Shown here: positions 51,617-64,000 of the stretch, piece by piece
How positions within the stretch are numbered: the stretch's first letter is position 1
How the letters are laid out: each line of letters opens with the position of its first letter
Source: Chiloscyllium plagiosum
Taxonomy: Eukaryota
Assembly (NCBI RefSeq): GCF_004010195.1
Contig: NC_057718.1
Coordinates: forward strand, 67,831,872 to 67,895,871
Reading direction: 5' to 3'
Length of the DNA stretch: 64,000 nt
Notes under the pieces: model-generated
Seen by the model: only the letters and a program-made list of their open reading frames with translations
Told to the model about the DNA's origin: nothing
The model's database searches: none
Position numbers and translations under genes: made by a program

Positions 51617-51782
51617 NNNNNNNNNNNNNNNNNNNNNNNNNNNNNNNNNNNNNNNNNNNNNNNNNNNNNNNNNNNNNNNNNNNNNNNNNNNNNNNNNNNN
51701 NNNNNNNNNNNNNNNNNNNNNNNNNNNNNNNNNNNNNNNNNNNNNNNNNNNNNNNNNNNNNNNNNNNNNNNNNNNNNNNNNN
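51617..51782. other. Assembly gap (166 N)
   Basis: Run of n inside the inverted pseudo-LTR. Confidence 1.
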
Positions 51783-51857
51783 CCTGACCTGCTGCGCTTT
51801 TCCAGCACCACATTTTCAACTCTGATCTCCAGCATCTGCAGTCCTCACTTTCTTCAG

Positions 51858-52165
51858 TGGTAGCATAGTGGTTAGCACTGCTGCCTCACAGCACCAGGGA
51901 CCCGGGTTTGATTCCAACCTTGGGTGACTATTTGTGTGGCGTTTCATGTTCTTCCCCTGGTTGCATGGGTTTTTGCTAGATGCTCTGGTTTTCTTCCACA
52001 GTCCAAAGATGTCCAGGTTAGGTTGAATGGCCTTGCTAAATTGCCCTGTGATGTTTACGGAGAAGGGCACGGGGGCTGCATCTGGGTTGAATGCTCTCTG
52101 GAGTCGGTGCAGATTTGATGGGCCAAATGACCTTGTTCCACACTGTAGGGATTTGATGAGATGAG
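51858..52165 (+). mobile_element. HE1-type V-SINE whose head (about 50303-50320) was split by the PLE insertion
   Basis: tggtagcatagtggttagcactgctgcctcacagc..ccgggtttgattcc, V-domain and CR1-like tail. Confidence 0.85.
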
Positions 52166-55100
52166 TCTCGTTCTTTCTTTGTTCCCACTGCAAATGTTGC
52201 TGTTTCTATAACTATATTGCCAGTTTTGCAGCTGCTGTCAACATTTATTCCTCAACTGACACCATTAAATAGATTATCTGTTTGTTTATTTCATTGATAT
52301 TTACCATATTGTGTGCTGTAGTTTGCTGATGTTTTTCTGCATTAGAAAAGTGACTACAAAGCACTGGTTTTGCTGTAGAACATCTTTTGGTCATGTTGAG
52401 ATCATGAATGATGTTATTAAATGAAAAGAACTTATACATAGGTTAAATTGAAAGTGCTGTTAGCCCTAAAGGCATTGGTCCAAAAGTCCTATTTAAATGT
52501 AGGTCTCTGTTCGAGGTAGAGAGAAAATCCAATATTTGTTCCAATTGATAGCCAGCCTGGATACCTTTTTTGTAAGTTTTAAAAGCATTAATGAACACAG
52601 TTGGGCTTGGCTTGTTAGTTAAAAATAAAGGTAAAGTGAGCATCTTCTGATGCCATGAACAAATGACCAAAAGTAAACTTTGGTGACTCTTTACAGATAA
52701 CATTAATGTAATTTCCCAGCAAGCATGATCCTGACATCATCTGTGATCTAGTCATGTACATCCAGCATTAATATGAAAGAAACTGTAGCTATTTCTCCCT
52801 TTGCTCCAATTCGTATGCAGAGCACAAAATCCAATTTTCTAAACAACTGATACTACTTTTACTGAGATCAATAATTTCAGCACACTGTATGTAGGCCTTC
52901 ATAGTCTGGATAACCAAGTTGTTAAAGTTGCTGAGTTGACATTCTCTTAAACTGCTATTATAATTCCCTAAAATATTATTATATTCAGTTCTACACAATG
53001 CTACATAACAGTAGTCACTTATGTTTATGTTGCAAGCTAAAATGTAATGTTTGCATTTTAGAAACTCAACATTTGTGATGATGACCTCACGCTACTAAAG
53101 TGCTGCAAGTCATTACCACTGGTATATGCTGATGGAGAGCATTCAGCATTAAATCCATAGTAAAAATAATGTTTGCTTATCTTCTAATATGCTCTATTTA
53201 GTTGGTGATTTAAATTTAGGTTGAATTTCATAAATGTCCAGTTGCTGCAATTCGCAATGTTTAATATTGATGTGTTTGCCTGTCCTTCTGATCTAATAGC
53301 ACCAGTGCTAGCGCAATACTATATTTGTCAAATATTCCTTGGTATGTAGAACCGAAAATAAATTAGTACAAACAAGGTTCTTACTGGATTTTAATGTTTT
53401 AATTTGTGTGTAGCCACTTTGTATGTCTTGCATGGAATAGTTCCTGAGTGAAATCTACATGTAGGCTGGTTAGTTTTACAGAATTAATTTTGTATTTAAA
53501 AAGAGGGTTATATTTATTCAAGTGAATTAAATGAAGTAAGCAAAAATGATTATATGGGTTAGTGTGAATTTGTGATCACATATTCTATGATATTTGTAGG
53601 GGAAAATACAGTTGGGGGATTTTGAATATACAGTAATTTTTTAGAAGGTATCACTCAACTCTGAACAAAATAGTATTTTGTAGATAAGTGATTTGCTTTT
53701 CAGTATTGAGAGATTAGTGGTGAAGACTGAACAGAAATAAAGTCTGAAAATATTGGTAACTGAGTGAAATGAACTCATGTAATTTGCAGTTGCTTGTTTT
53801 GTTGATTTCTGGTCTCCATTCTCCCCTTCTGTTGCTGTAAGCCCTGATGAGCAGAAAGCTGGCACTAAAGCTTTGCCTACTGCGGTGGGGCATTGAACTG
53901 GGATTCCCCATCTGTCAGGCCTGTGCTTTTTATAAAGACTGCAACAGCTGGCCATGTTTTATACTAACGCATTCATATAATTTCTGTTTCAGAAATGTGT
54001 GTAATTTTATTTTACAGTGTAGGACTTTGGAGAAAATAAGTATGATTCTTTCTACTAGTGGTAAAAGATGTTTTGTGAGGACCTTGAGAATGCTGATTCT
54101 TCTATTTGCTTAAACCTTTGAAGAACATCATTTGAAACATTTGCAATTTAGTCTAATTGCATTACAACTCTTTCTCTTTCAATCTATTGAACTCTCAGTC
54201 ACATGGGACCATAGAATGTAGGAGAAAGCTGACAGCCTGATGTAAGCATATCTACCACAGGTCTGACATCCCAGTCAGAGTAGAAAGGCTCAAAGGAGGA
54301 ACTAACACAATATTTTTAATAAAATTGAATCAGAATAGATTATGTTAATACTATGTCACCTTCAGCTGTCTTTTGTGTTTTAGTTTAAAATTATCTACAG
54401 TAGAGCACTGTGTCCAAACAAGTGTAAAGCACAATTGCTGTAAAGCAAAGTCAAACTTGCTAGTTTGCTTGTTGGTAAAAGGCACAGAATAGCTGCTGGA
54501 GTTGGTACTTGCTGCTGACACTTTTTAATAAAAAGAGCAGTAGTATCAAAGTAAGCCAGGCCTGTTGTATTATTTCTGTCAATGTTTTCCTGTACTGTTT
54601 GAGGAAATTTAAAAACTTTAATTGTCTTTTGTATTAAGGAGCTTTGATGTGTTTTAATTGAATGAGTGTTAGTACAGTTGCATGTGGTATCCACAAGGAC
54701 TACAAATTGACAGAATACACTGGGCCCTTTATCCACAAGCTATATTAGCACAAACATACATAATATGTCTGAATCAGTGCAGCCAAGTAGTGGTGTCACT
54801 AATTTATTATGATTGACAAGAATAAAGCATTATCCAGCATCATAACAAGAAATGGTAGCAATAGGAAAAGAAGGATTCTGCAAGTAACTGATTTAATGCT
54901 GTCGATTTTGTTCTTTAATTAGTTTCAATTGACTGCTTTGAGTTGCCCTCGATTTGGGAGGCCTGTGAGGAGCAGTTAATTGAAGCTGTACAGGTGTACA
55001 GCTTTATTGTAATGGAATGAATTCATACTTACTAAAATTCATTAAAAATAATTGCAAAAAGAGCAGAAGACATACAATAGGTCATGGCTAAACGGATAGC

Positions 55101-57784
55101 TGTCCATGGTAGATACATATGGTGCTGAATTACACTGGATTCACATGTACCTAAGATTCAGCATGCTGATCAAGTCCAGTCGGTAGCCTTGTCAAACTGA
55201 CCTCATGGCCAGCTTTCTAGGTGGGGATTACTTTGGGTAGATAGACTTTGTGAGCCATGGGAAACGATTGCAGATGCTTGGGCATAAAGTGATTTCAGAC
55301 ACAACTCATACATTATGCTTCCTCACTCTTTAGACTAATTTAATTTGATACCCCTCAGATTGCAATGATATCTGGGTGGTAATTATGCCAAAGCTCCAGG
55401 CCAGTGATTCTAAGCAGCTAATTGTTTGCTACTTACTGCTAAGTGCTGCAACTAGTTAATTTTGGCTGTTTCAGTTGTATTACATTTTGCCAATTCTTCA
55501 GACAATTACCATGTGACAATTGAGTATTCTATCAACTTGCAGTGGAGAGCTTGGCTAACACCATAAACCATCACTTCAACAAACATAACAATAATTATAT
55601 TTTATAAATTGTTATGCTGCTACCAAATCCTATTTTTTTTTTAAACAAAATATGTTGAGCAGTTAGCTTTCAATGCTATTTTTGAGTGCAATTAGTGATA
55701 GCCATGTCTAAGGAAAGCCACATTAGAACTTGGGATTTTGCAGTAAAGAAAGCACTTTGTATCCATGTGGCACCTTTGGCAATAGCAAAACACCCCAAAG
55801 CAGTCCTCAATGGTATAAAGAAAAAAAGTAGGTTATGTGAGCAAAGGGGTCAGCGGTAGGACACTCACCCTACTCAGAATACTGACCTCCAACAACCACA
55901 ACCATTTTCCTATCTGCCAGTTATGACTCCAACCCACGAAGAGTTTGCTGCCTGATCGTCATTGATTCCAGTTTTGCTCAGGCACAGATTCCCCAATTTG
56001 CTTGATTTTTCAGACCCAGGCTGATAGAAAGCAGTGACTAAGTATCTGTACTTTATAATAATTACTATTTATTACAAATAAAAAGGCTCCAGTTACAGGT
56101 GAACGGCTATAAACCATCGGCTTTTGCACTGCTACTTAAAACTCTTATTCCCTTTATAAATGTGCCCTTAAACACATTCTGACATACATAGATGCGAAAA
56201 CAATACATGGATGGAGGGAAAACTGGAAAAGCTGTTCAGTGGGCTTTGTTCACAAGGTCTGTTGAGTTGATTCTTGCTGATTGTTCATATTGAACAAAAT
56301 AAAAGTCAAATTCACTTTGAGTTTCCTACTCAATCATAAACCCCTAATTTTCTTTGAGAACAGTGCTTACAAACTGTAAGGGATGAGTTTCTGGCTCATC
56401 AAGGAAAGTGCATTCCAAATGATAGCTAGTCAGACTCCTACAAACCTCTGAAATTACGAAGGCATCTTCAACTCTGAGCCTATTTTAAATAATGAAAGTT
56501 GACTCAACTATTTTTGGTTACCTGTGTTATTTTCAAGGAAGGCATTTTATGTTTCCAACAATACAGCCCGAACTTGAGCAGATTGGAGGAAGGAATACGT
56601 TTGAAATTATCTCCAGAGGACTATAACAATTATCATTGTGTATGAGTACATTGGTAATTTTGACATTATTTATGCTATTTAACTTCAGTGCAGTCTTCAC
56701 TTCTGGGTGAATGGGCCAGTTTTCTTCAGTTCTCATTTGGCGCATTATATATTTTCTAAACTAAAGTATACGTTTAGAAAACCAGAAATTACTTTTAAAA
56801 ATATTTGGACTTGTATAAGCTTATAAAAATGGTCATCTGCTCAGACATGTTTTAACATACTTCTTGGCAAATGAGACTTGAAGACCTTCTGACCCTGAGA
56901 TAAGGACACGGTCACTATGTCACAAGAGTCCTGTACTTAGCTTAGAGTTTAGTATGTACTATGCACCATTATATATATTTTTTGTTAAGTATTTGCTTTG
57001 TTAAGAAAAAGGAAAACTGTCTTGATAACCTGTTTAAACTGGTGATGTTGAGGCACCGATGATTTTAACATCAACTTATTTATATAGAAGAATGCAGTGT
57101 TCTCCTCCACCACCACTAAACCAGATTGACAACAAGGCCATTGGGCAGGAGTCGTAGTTTAAGTCGAGAGGCTTTGTCTGGAACATTTGACATAGTTCCT
57201 GGCAAGCAATGAGGCAAGAAGTGTTAATCAGCATTACAGCAGATTAAAGTTCTGGTCATAATCAGTGTAACACAGTGCATTGGGTTGATGTGCTGGAAAT
57301 TCTAGTAGATGGAAGTGGGGGCATTGCTGTGACTGGGTCCAATTGCCTGTCTGGAATCATTGCAGGGGGTATCTTGCCATAATTAGTGTGAGATGGTGTT
57401 GGAAACCTTATCAAAATGGGGGGAAAGGGGCCATCAGGGGAATGCTGGTTCTTGAGAGATCAAGTGTTCTCTTGTGAGAACACGAAATAGGAGCAAAAAT
57501 AGGTGATGTCTACTCGAGAAAGTAGTCCATCATTCAATAAGATCATAGCTGACATTTAACCTAAATTCTGCTTTTCTGCCTGACATCCACTTCCTTTGAG
57601 TCCTCTATACCCCAAACATCTTTCTACCTCAACATTGAATGTACTCAACAAGCGAGCATTGACAGCCAACCAGGGTGGAGAATTCTAAATATTTGCAGCC
57701 CTCTGAGTGAAGAGATTCCTTCTCATCTCAATCTTAAATGATCAACTCCTTAACCTGAGATTATATCTCTTCTTGTTGCACTCT

Positions 57785-60720
57785 TCAGGCAGGTAAACAA
57801 GCTTGGGTACGTCAGGTTCCAAGAGATCAATTGTGTTAGGGGATTCTCTAGTCCGAGGTATAGACAGACGTTTCTGTGGCCAGCAGCGAAAAATCAGAAC
57901 GGTGTGTTGCTTCCCTGGTGCCAGGATCAAGGATGTCTCAGAGAGGGTGCTGAATGTTCTCAAAGGGGAGAGGGGCCAGCAAGAGGTCATTGTCCACATT
58001 GGAACCAACAACACAGAAAGGGAATAGGTTTAGAGTCTGAAGGGAGATTACAGAGAGTTAGGCAGCAATTTAAAAAGGAGGTCCTCAAGAGTAATAATAT
58101 CTGGATTACTCCCGGTGCTACGAGCAGTGAGGGCAGGAATAGGAGGATAGAGCAGATGAATGCATGGCTGAGGAGCTGGTGGATGGGAGAAGGATTCACA
58201 TTTTTGGATCATTGGAATCTCTTTTGGGGTAGAAAAGTGACCTGTACAAGAAGGACGGATTGCATCTAAATTGGAAGGGGACTAATGTACTGGCAGGGAG
58301 ATTTGCTAGAGCTGCTCCGGAGGATTTAAACTAGTGAGGTGGGGTGGGGGGCACCCAGGGAAATAGTGAGGAAAGAGATCAATCTGAGACTGGGACAGTT
58401 GAGAACAGAAGAGAGTCAAACAGTCAGGACAGGCAGGGACAAGGTAGGACTAATAAATTAAACTGCATTTAATTCAATGCAAGGGGCCTAACAGGGAAGG
58501 CAGATGAACTCAGGGCATGGTTGGAAACATGGGACTAGGATGTCATAGCAATTACAGAAACATGGCTCAGGGATGGGCAGGACTGGCAGCTTAATGTTTC
58601 ATGATACAAATGCTACAGGAAGGATAGAAAGGGAGGCAAGAAAGGAGGAGGATAAGGGATAGCATTACAGCTGTGCTGAGGGAGGATATTCCTGGAAATA
58701 CATCCAGGGAAGTTATTTGGGTGGAGCTGAGAAATGAGAAAGGGATGATCACCTTACTGGGATTGTGTTATAGACCTCCTAATAGTCAGTGGGAAATTGA
58801 GAAACAAATTTGTAAGGAGATCTCAGCTATCTGTAAGCATAATAGGGTGATTATGGTAGGGGATTTTAACTTTCCAAACATAGACTGGGACTGCCATAGT
58901 GTTAAGGATTTAGATGGAGAGGAATTTGTTAAGTGAGTACAAGATAATTTTCTGATTCAGTATGTGCATGTACCTACTAAAGAAGGTGCAAAACTTGACC
59001 TACTCTTAGGAAATAAGGCAGGGCAGGTGACTGAAGTGTCAGTGGGGGGAGCACTTTGGGGCCAGCGACCATAATTCTATTAGATTTAAAATAGTGATCT
59101 TTAGTCATCCAGCATTCCCTATGCCTACCAGTCTTTCACCCTAACAGGAATATACTTTCTCTGGATTCTCGTTATCTCAATTCTGAAGACTTCCCATTTT
59201 CCAGCCGCCCCTTTACCTATGAACATCTGCCCCCAATCAGCTTTCGAAAGTTCTTGCCTAATACCATCAAAATTGGCCTTTCTCCAATTTAGAACTTCAA
59301 CTTTTAGATCTGGTCTATCCTTTTTCATGTCTTGAAACGCATAAAGGTGGATAAATCCCCAGGACCTGATCAGGTGTACCCGAGAACTCTGTGGGAAGCT
59401 AGAGAAGTGATTGCTAGGCCTCTTGCTGAGATATTTATATCAGCGATAGTCACAGGTGAGGTGCCGGAAGACTGGAGGTTGGCTAATGTGGTGCCACTGT
59501 TTAAGAAGGGTGGTAAGGACAAGCCAGGGAACTATAGACCAGTGAGCCTGACATCGGTGGTTGGAGGGTATCCTGAGGGACAGGATGTACATGTATTTGG
59601 AAAGGGAAGGACTGATTAGGGATAGTCAACATGGATTTGTGCGTAGGAAATCATGTCTCACAAACTTGGTTGAGTTTTTTGAAGAAGTAACAAAGAAGAT
59701 TGATGAGGGCAGAGTAGTAGATGTGACCTATATGGACTTCAGTAAGGTGTTCGACAAGGTTCCCTATGGGAGACTGATTAGCAAGGTTAGATCTCATGGA
59801 ATACAGGGAAAACTAGCCATTTGGATACAGAACTGGCTCAAAGGTAGAAGACAGAGGGTGGTGGTGGAGGGCTGTTTTTCAGACTAGAGGCCTGTGACCA
59901 GTGGAGTGCCACAAGGTTCGGGGCTGGGTCCTCTACTTTTTGTCATTTACATAAATGATTCGGATGTAAGCAGAAGTGGTACAGTTAGTAGGTTTGCAGA
60001 TGACACCAAAATTGGAGGTGTAGTGGACAGCGAAGAGGGTTACCTCCGATTACAACAGGATATTGACCAGATGGGCCAATGGGCTGAGAAGTGACAGATG
60101 AGGTTTAATTCAATAAATGCGAGGTGCTGCATTTTGGGAAAGCAAATCTTAACAGGACTTATACACTTAATGGTAAGGTCCGAGGGAGTGTTGCTGAACA
60201 AAGAGACCTTTGAATGCAGGTTCACAGCTCCTTGAAAGTGGAGTCGCAGGTAGATAGGATAGTGAAGAAGGTGTTTGGTATGCTTTCCTTTATTGGTCAG
60301 AGTATTGAGTACAGGAGTTGGGAGGTCATGTTGCAGCTGTAGAGGACATTGGTTAGGCCCTTCTCAATGCACTCGCCAGGGTGACCTTATAGAGGTTTAC
60401 AAAATTATGAGGGGCATGGATAGGGAAAATAGACAAAGTCTTTTCCCTGGGGTCAGGGAGTCCAGATCTAGAGGGCATAGGTTTAGGGTGAGAGGGGAAA
60501 GGTATAAAAGGGACCGAAGGGGCAACTGTTTCACACAGAGGGTGGTACATGAATGCAATGAGCTGCCAGAAGAAGTGGTGGCAGCTGGTACAATTACAAC
60601 ATTGGAGGGATATGGGCCTGGTGCTGGTAGGTGGGACTAGATTGGTTTGGGATTTCTGATCGGCGTGGACAGGTTGGACTGAAGGGTCTGTTTCCCACCT
60701 GTACATCTCTATGACTCTGT
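57785..60720 (+). mobile_element. CR1 LINE with ORF1 esterase (SGNH/GDSL-like) region and ORF2; internal inversion and deletions; inserted in an older minus-strand CR1 (about 57475-57785 and 60725-60900)
   Basis: IVLGDSLVRG..CFPGARIKDV..VIVHIGTN (ORF1); GLCYRPPN, GDFNFP, GVPQGS, RFADDTK (ORF2). Tail ctctatgactct. Confidence 0.93.
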
Positions 60721-63700
60721 GCAGTCAGGCGTCCTGTGAATCATTTTTGTTTTCATTGAAATCACCTCTAATTCTTCTAACTTCAAAAGAATATAGGCCC
60801 ATTCTACTTGACTACTCATCACAGACCATTCTTCTCATCCCAAGAATCAATCTAGTAAAATTCAATCTGTACCACTCCAAGGTAAGGACATAATTGAACA
60901 AAATCGAGAGACAACTCTGTAGCACTCTAGGTGTACTCTCTCCTGCCCGAAGGAAACCATGAAAATAATGGAAAAAATTACATATCTTGTCAAAGATTTT
61001 TTATCTTGTAGTCGAAGATAATTGACAATGCCAATTCAAGGGGGAAAAAATGGCATTTACACTGCATGAAGGGATGTTGACAAGTGGATACTGATTTGTA
61101 GAGGCATTACTGTGGATAATGAACCTGTCAGTGGTTTTTGGCAGTTAACTATCAAGCTTTATTTAAATTTTAAACCAGGCAGATCAACTCTGTCAAGGTA
61201 TTACCTAAGAAATGAATTAGCGAATAGTTGTCAGCTATTTTGTTGCATTGAAACAGGCGCAGTATGTGTATATGTTATTTCTGTTTACAAGGACCTGAGC
61301 CTGTGTATTAATACATATAGCTTTCCATACATGAGAGTGTCTTATACAGCCGGCATGACTTATTATTCTGAATTGACCAAGAGCAAAATTCATTGCACGT
61401 TCAGGATTATCCATCAATGCTGCCCAATTGCAGAATCATTTCTAATGTCAGAAGCTTTGCAAGTTTTGATTGCACTGGCTGGTTGGGTATGGTCAGAGTT
61501 TTGCTTATTGCAAACAGCCAAAGGGGCATGATCCACTAGTCTTTGGGATGTATGGTCTACACAACTAGCAGCACACTGACACTGAAATGCAGATAGCACA
61601 TTACTCATCTTGTTATAAGCAGTGTACTTTTATGGCTTGGCAGCAGCTTCCTATTAATGCTGCATGCTTGTGAATTGTCATGATACGTGTAAGACCAGAA
61701 GTTTTGAGAGAATGTATATTTCTTCCTCTGATACTCCCAAGTTCTGAGAAAAATGAAAAAAATTATTTCAGCTCATCTTCTAAACCTCTACTGATTCCCA
61801 GCAGATTTGATGCTGGCATTCCTGACATTTTCACACCACCTGCCCTGGTTGATATTGCAGATCTGATCATGGTGACATCTTCGGACCAAATCTACATATA
61901 TATATAAAAAAGGACACTCCTTCCTTCATGCAGGTAGTTTGGTCAAAGGCGCAGGTTAATGTTGGAACGTGATGAGATGGAGTGGGTAAATTACTTTGGT
62001 TGCTTTAACTACTTCACCCTCATCTGATATCTTCCGGGTGAAGACAATAAAATCAGACTCAACAGAGTCTTTTACAGAGCTTCAGTTAGATCATTATACT
62101 CTACTTGCCATTGTGACTTTCTTCCTGCTCCAAAAGAGTATTTGCTGTGACCATCTCTTCAACCAATCATATGAATTGAAGGGCCAATCTTATTATCATC
62201 CCTTCGAATGTTATCAAGTGATTTTCTGCATTAACACTGACTTCATCTTCCTCTTTTCAATCTTGGGGAAAATCACTTGTTATCTTTAACAACATTGTTT
62301 TGAATATGTCTGGAATGGAAGATTTAGAATTGGAACTGCCTTTATTTCATACATTAACTGAGTGCACAGAAACCTAATAGAATTGCTAGTGAAACTCTCC
62401 TGACATTTCCATTAACAAGCTAGAACAAGGTTTAGTTTCCCCAGGCAGTGTCAAATTAGCTGTTCTCAATTTGGACAGTCTTGAAGGAGACTGCTGCAAT
62501 TGATTCAAAATTTCAGTTAGGAATCCCCTTCAGTACTATTCCACCAACCTGGCACATGCATGGATGCTAAGTCAGGGATGAGTCTAACTGTGATTGTGAT
62601 GCCCTCAAAAATCTGCAAGGGCTATGTACTGCACGGAGAATGGCAACTTACATGAGATTCTGAAAGAGCACTGATACTGAGCAGCTTGACAAAGAAAGGG
62701 AGTCAGGGAGAAATGACCAAAATAAACTTACTACTGGCATTTTCCTGTGGATGTGCAGGCATTTGAAGCTTTTTTTACACCCAGGTGCCTTTGCTGTGCA
62801 AAAGGGAGTAAGTTTCCATATTCAGAGGAAGGATCCATTTAGTAGATAAACCAGCCAAAATTGTCTTTGATACTTGTTTATTATTTGAAGTTCAGTTATT
62901 TTGGTTCTACTTTTTCAAAAAAGTCAGTTTTTAGAAAATGTTGGTTTTGTCGTCCCTTAGGTTTCAGATAAAGTAATTTGGATTATATTTTAGATCCAAT
63001 TTTCTTCCCTTTGCGCCCAAATCAGGAGTTATTTGATTCAAATAAGGTTTATCAGGGCCTTTTCTCCTGTTTTGATGTCCATCATTCCTGTCTGTTCACA
63101 GATCCCAGCAGATATATAATGAATTAGAAATACTAGTTGATAAACAAAGTCTTGTCTCTGAAGGAGAATATGCTTGTATTGCTGTTTGAGACTTCTGCAT
63201 CTTGCAGTTGGCAATCATAAACAGAGAGGAAGCTATATGAATAGAATTCAATTTTAAAGTATTAAGTTTATTTAAGGCCTTTAAGAAATATTTGTATAAA
63301 TTTTCTGAAGCAGTAGTTGATGCGTAAAAGGGCGGAAATAAAATTATCAAGGCAGTGTCACAGTTCAAAATAATTTTAAAGATTTAAAAAGAATAACATT
63401 ATAATCGGCCCTTAAAACATCCCAAGGTGTAATCAGCCAAAAACGGACACTGTGCTAAATAATATATCCCAGGTGATCAAAAGCTTGGTAATAAAGATAA
63501 TTTCCAAGAGGAATTAAAAGAAGAAAAAATTGGAACAGGGAATTTTATGGAACATAAGGCTGAGGCGACTGAGAGGATATAAATGTCAGGAGTAATGTGA
63601 AAGGAAGAGGGCAGAAGGGCAAAGGTGAAAGAATAAAAAATTTAGGATAAAGACTATTGTGAGATGTGTCTGGACATAGTTACAAATACATTTAAAAGAA

Positions 63701-64000
63701 TATATTATTTAAAATTAGATTTAGGAGACTGATGCTGAAATATGACAGACTATAAAGTTGAGAATTATCCAGAGCCTACATTGGAACCAAATAGCGATGA
63801 TAATTCCAGAAAAGAGAGAAGCAGCTATGTTTCAAATGAAAAGAGAGCTATCACCAATATCATTCATTCTGCTATTGTCATGTTTTCTGCTCAAAGACAG
63901 GTCAAATCCAAAGCGTCATGACTGGGCAAATTATCAGCTCCTGAAACTTCAGAGCACACTCCACACTTATGCCACCAATCTGATCCTCACTCCAGCAGTC

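Larger units (their letters stand above)
50321..51857 (-). mobile_element. Young Neptune-like PLE (family A), 5'-truncated, with inverted pseudo-LTR
   Basis: GTFPCNRKKCKTC Cys motif and GIY-YIG (NIYCIRC..LLYIGETGR..RFREHL). 51496-51820 is the inverted copy of 50318-50643. TSD tggtagcatagt at 50309-50320 and 51858-51869. Confidence 0.92.

Noticed and set aside
8652..51857. Recurrent ~100-bp repeat as a CRISPR-like array
   Set aside because: Dispersed, not regularly spaced, has TSDs, matches PLE pseudo-LTRs, and lies in a vertebrate context with no cas genes.
53843..53880. cctgatgagcagaaagct as a non-PLE hammerhead
   Set aside because: CUGAUGA and GAAA are only 3 nt apart, so no stem II can form; no convincing stems I or III.
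57803..58269. GDSL/SGNH esterase as a host or horizontally acquired gene
   Set aside because: It is the known esterase domain of CR1 ORF1, directly upstream of ORF2 and disrupted.
61112..62289. ORFs of 60-139 aa near the window end as exons
   Set aside because: No recognisable protein similarity and no match to the recalled ARID1B sequence; consistent with random ORFs.

Overview
Eukaryotic (cartilaginous fish, most likely a shark) genomic DNA, not prokaryotic. The only host-gene sequence I can support is one 111-bp phase-0/0 coding exon of ARID1B on the + strand (7173-7283, [37 protein letters not shown]). The rest appears to be very large introns filled with decayed, often nested transposable elements: many CR1 LINEs, HE1-type V-SINEs, L2, RTE, a CR1-group/Zenon-like LINE, Gypsy LTR remnants, Tigger-like MITEs and several Penelope-like element (PLE) families. 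The most notable pattern is that PLE pseudo-LTRs carry minimal hammerhead-ribozyme cores (CUGANGA..stem II..GAAACGUC). They also occur as many 95-200 bp stand-alone insertions, often fold-back, with 9-16 bp target-site duplications, and the best-preserved cores are mostly antisense to ARID1B. Hammerheads in PLEs are known; the mini-element population and the strand bias here are my observations and inferences. There is one 166-N assembly gap whose content can be predicted from an inverted repeat. TE boundaries are approximate, and family names come from recalled motifs, not database searches.
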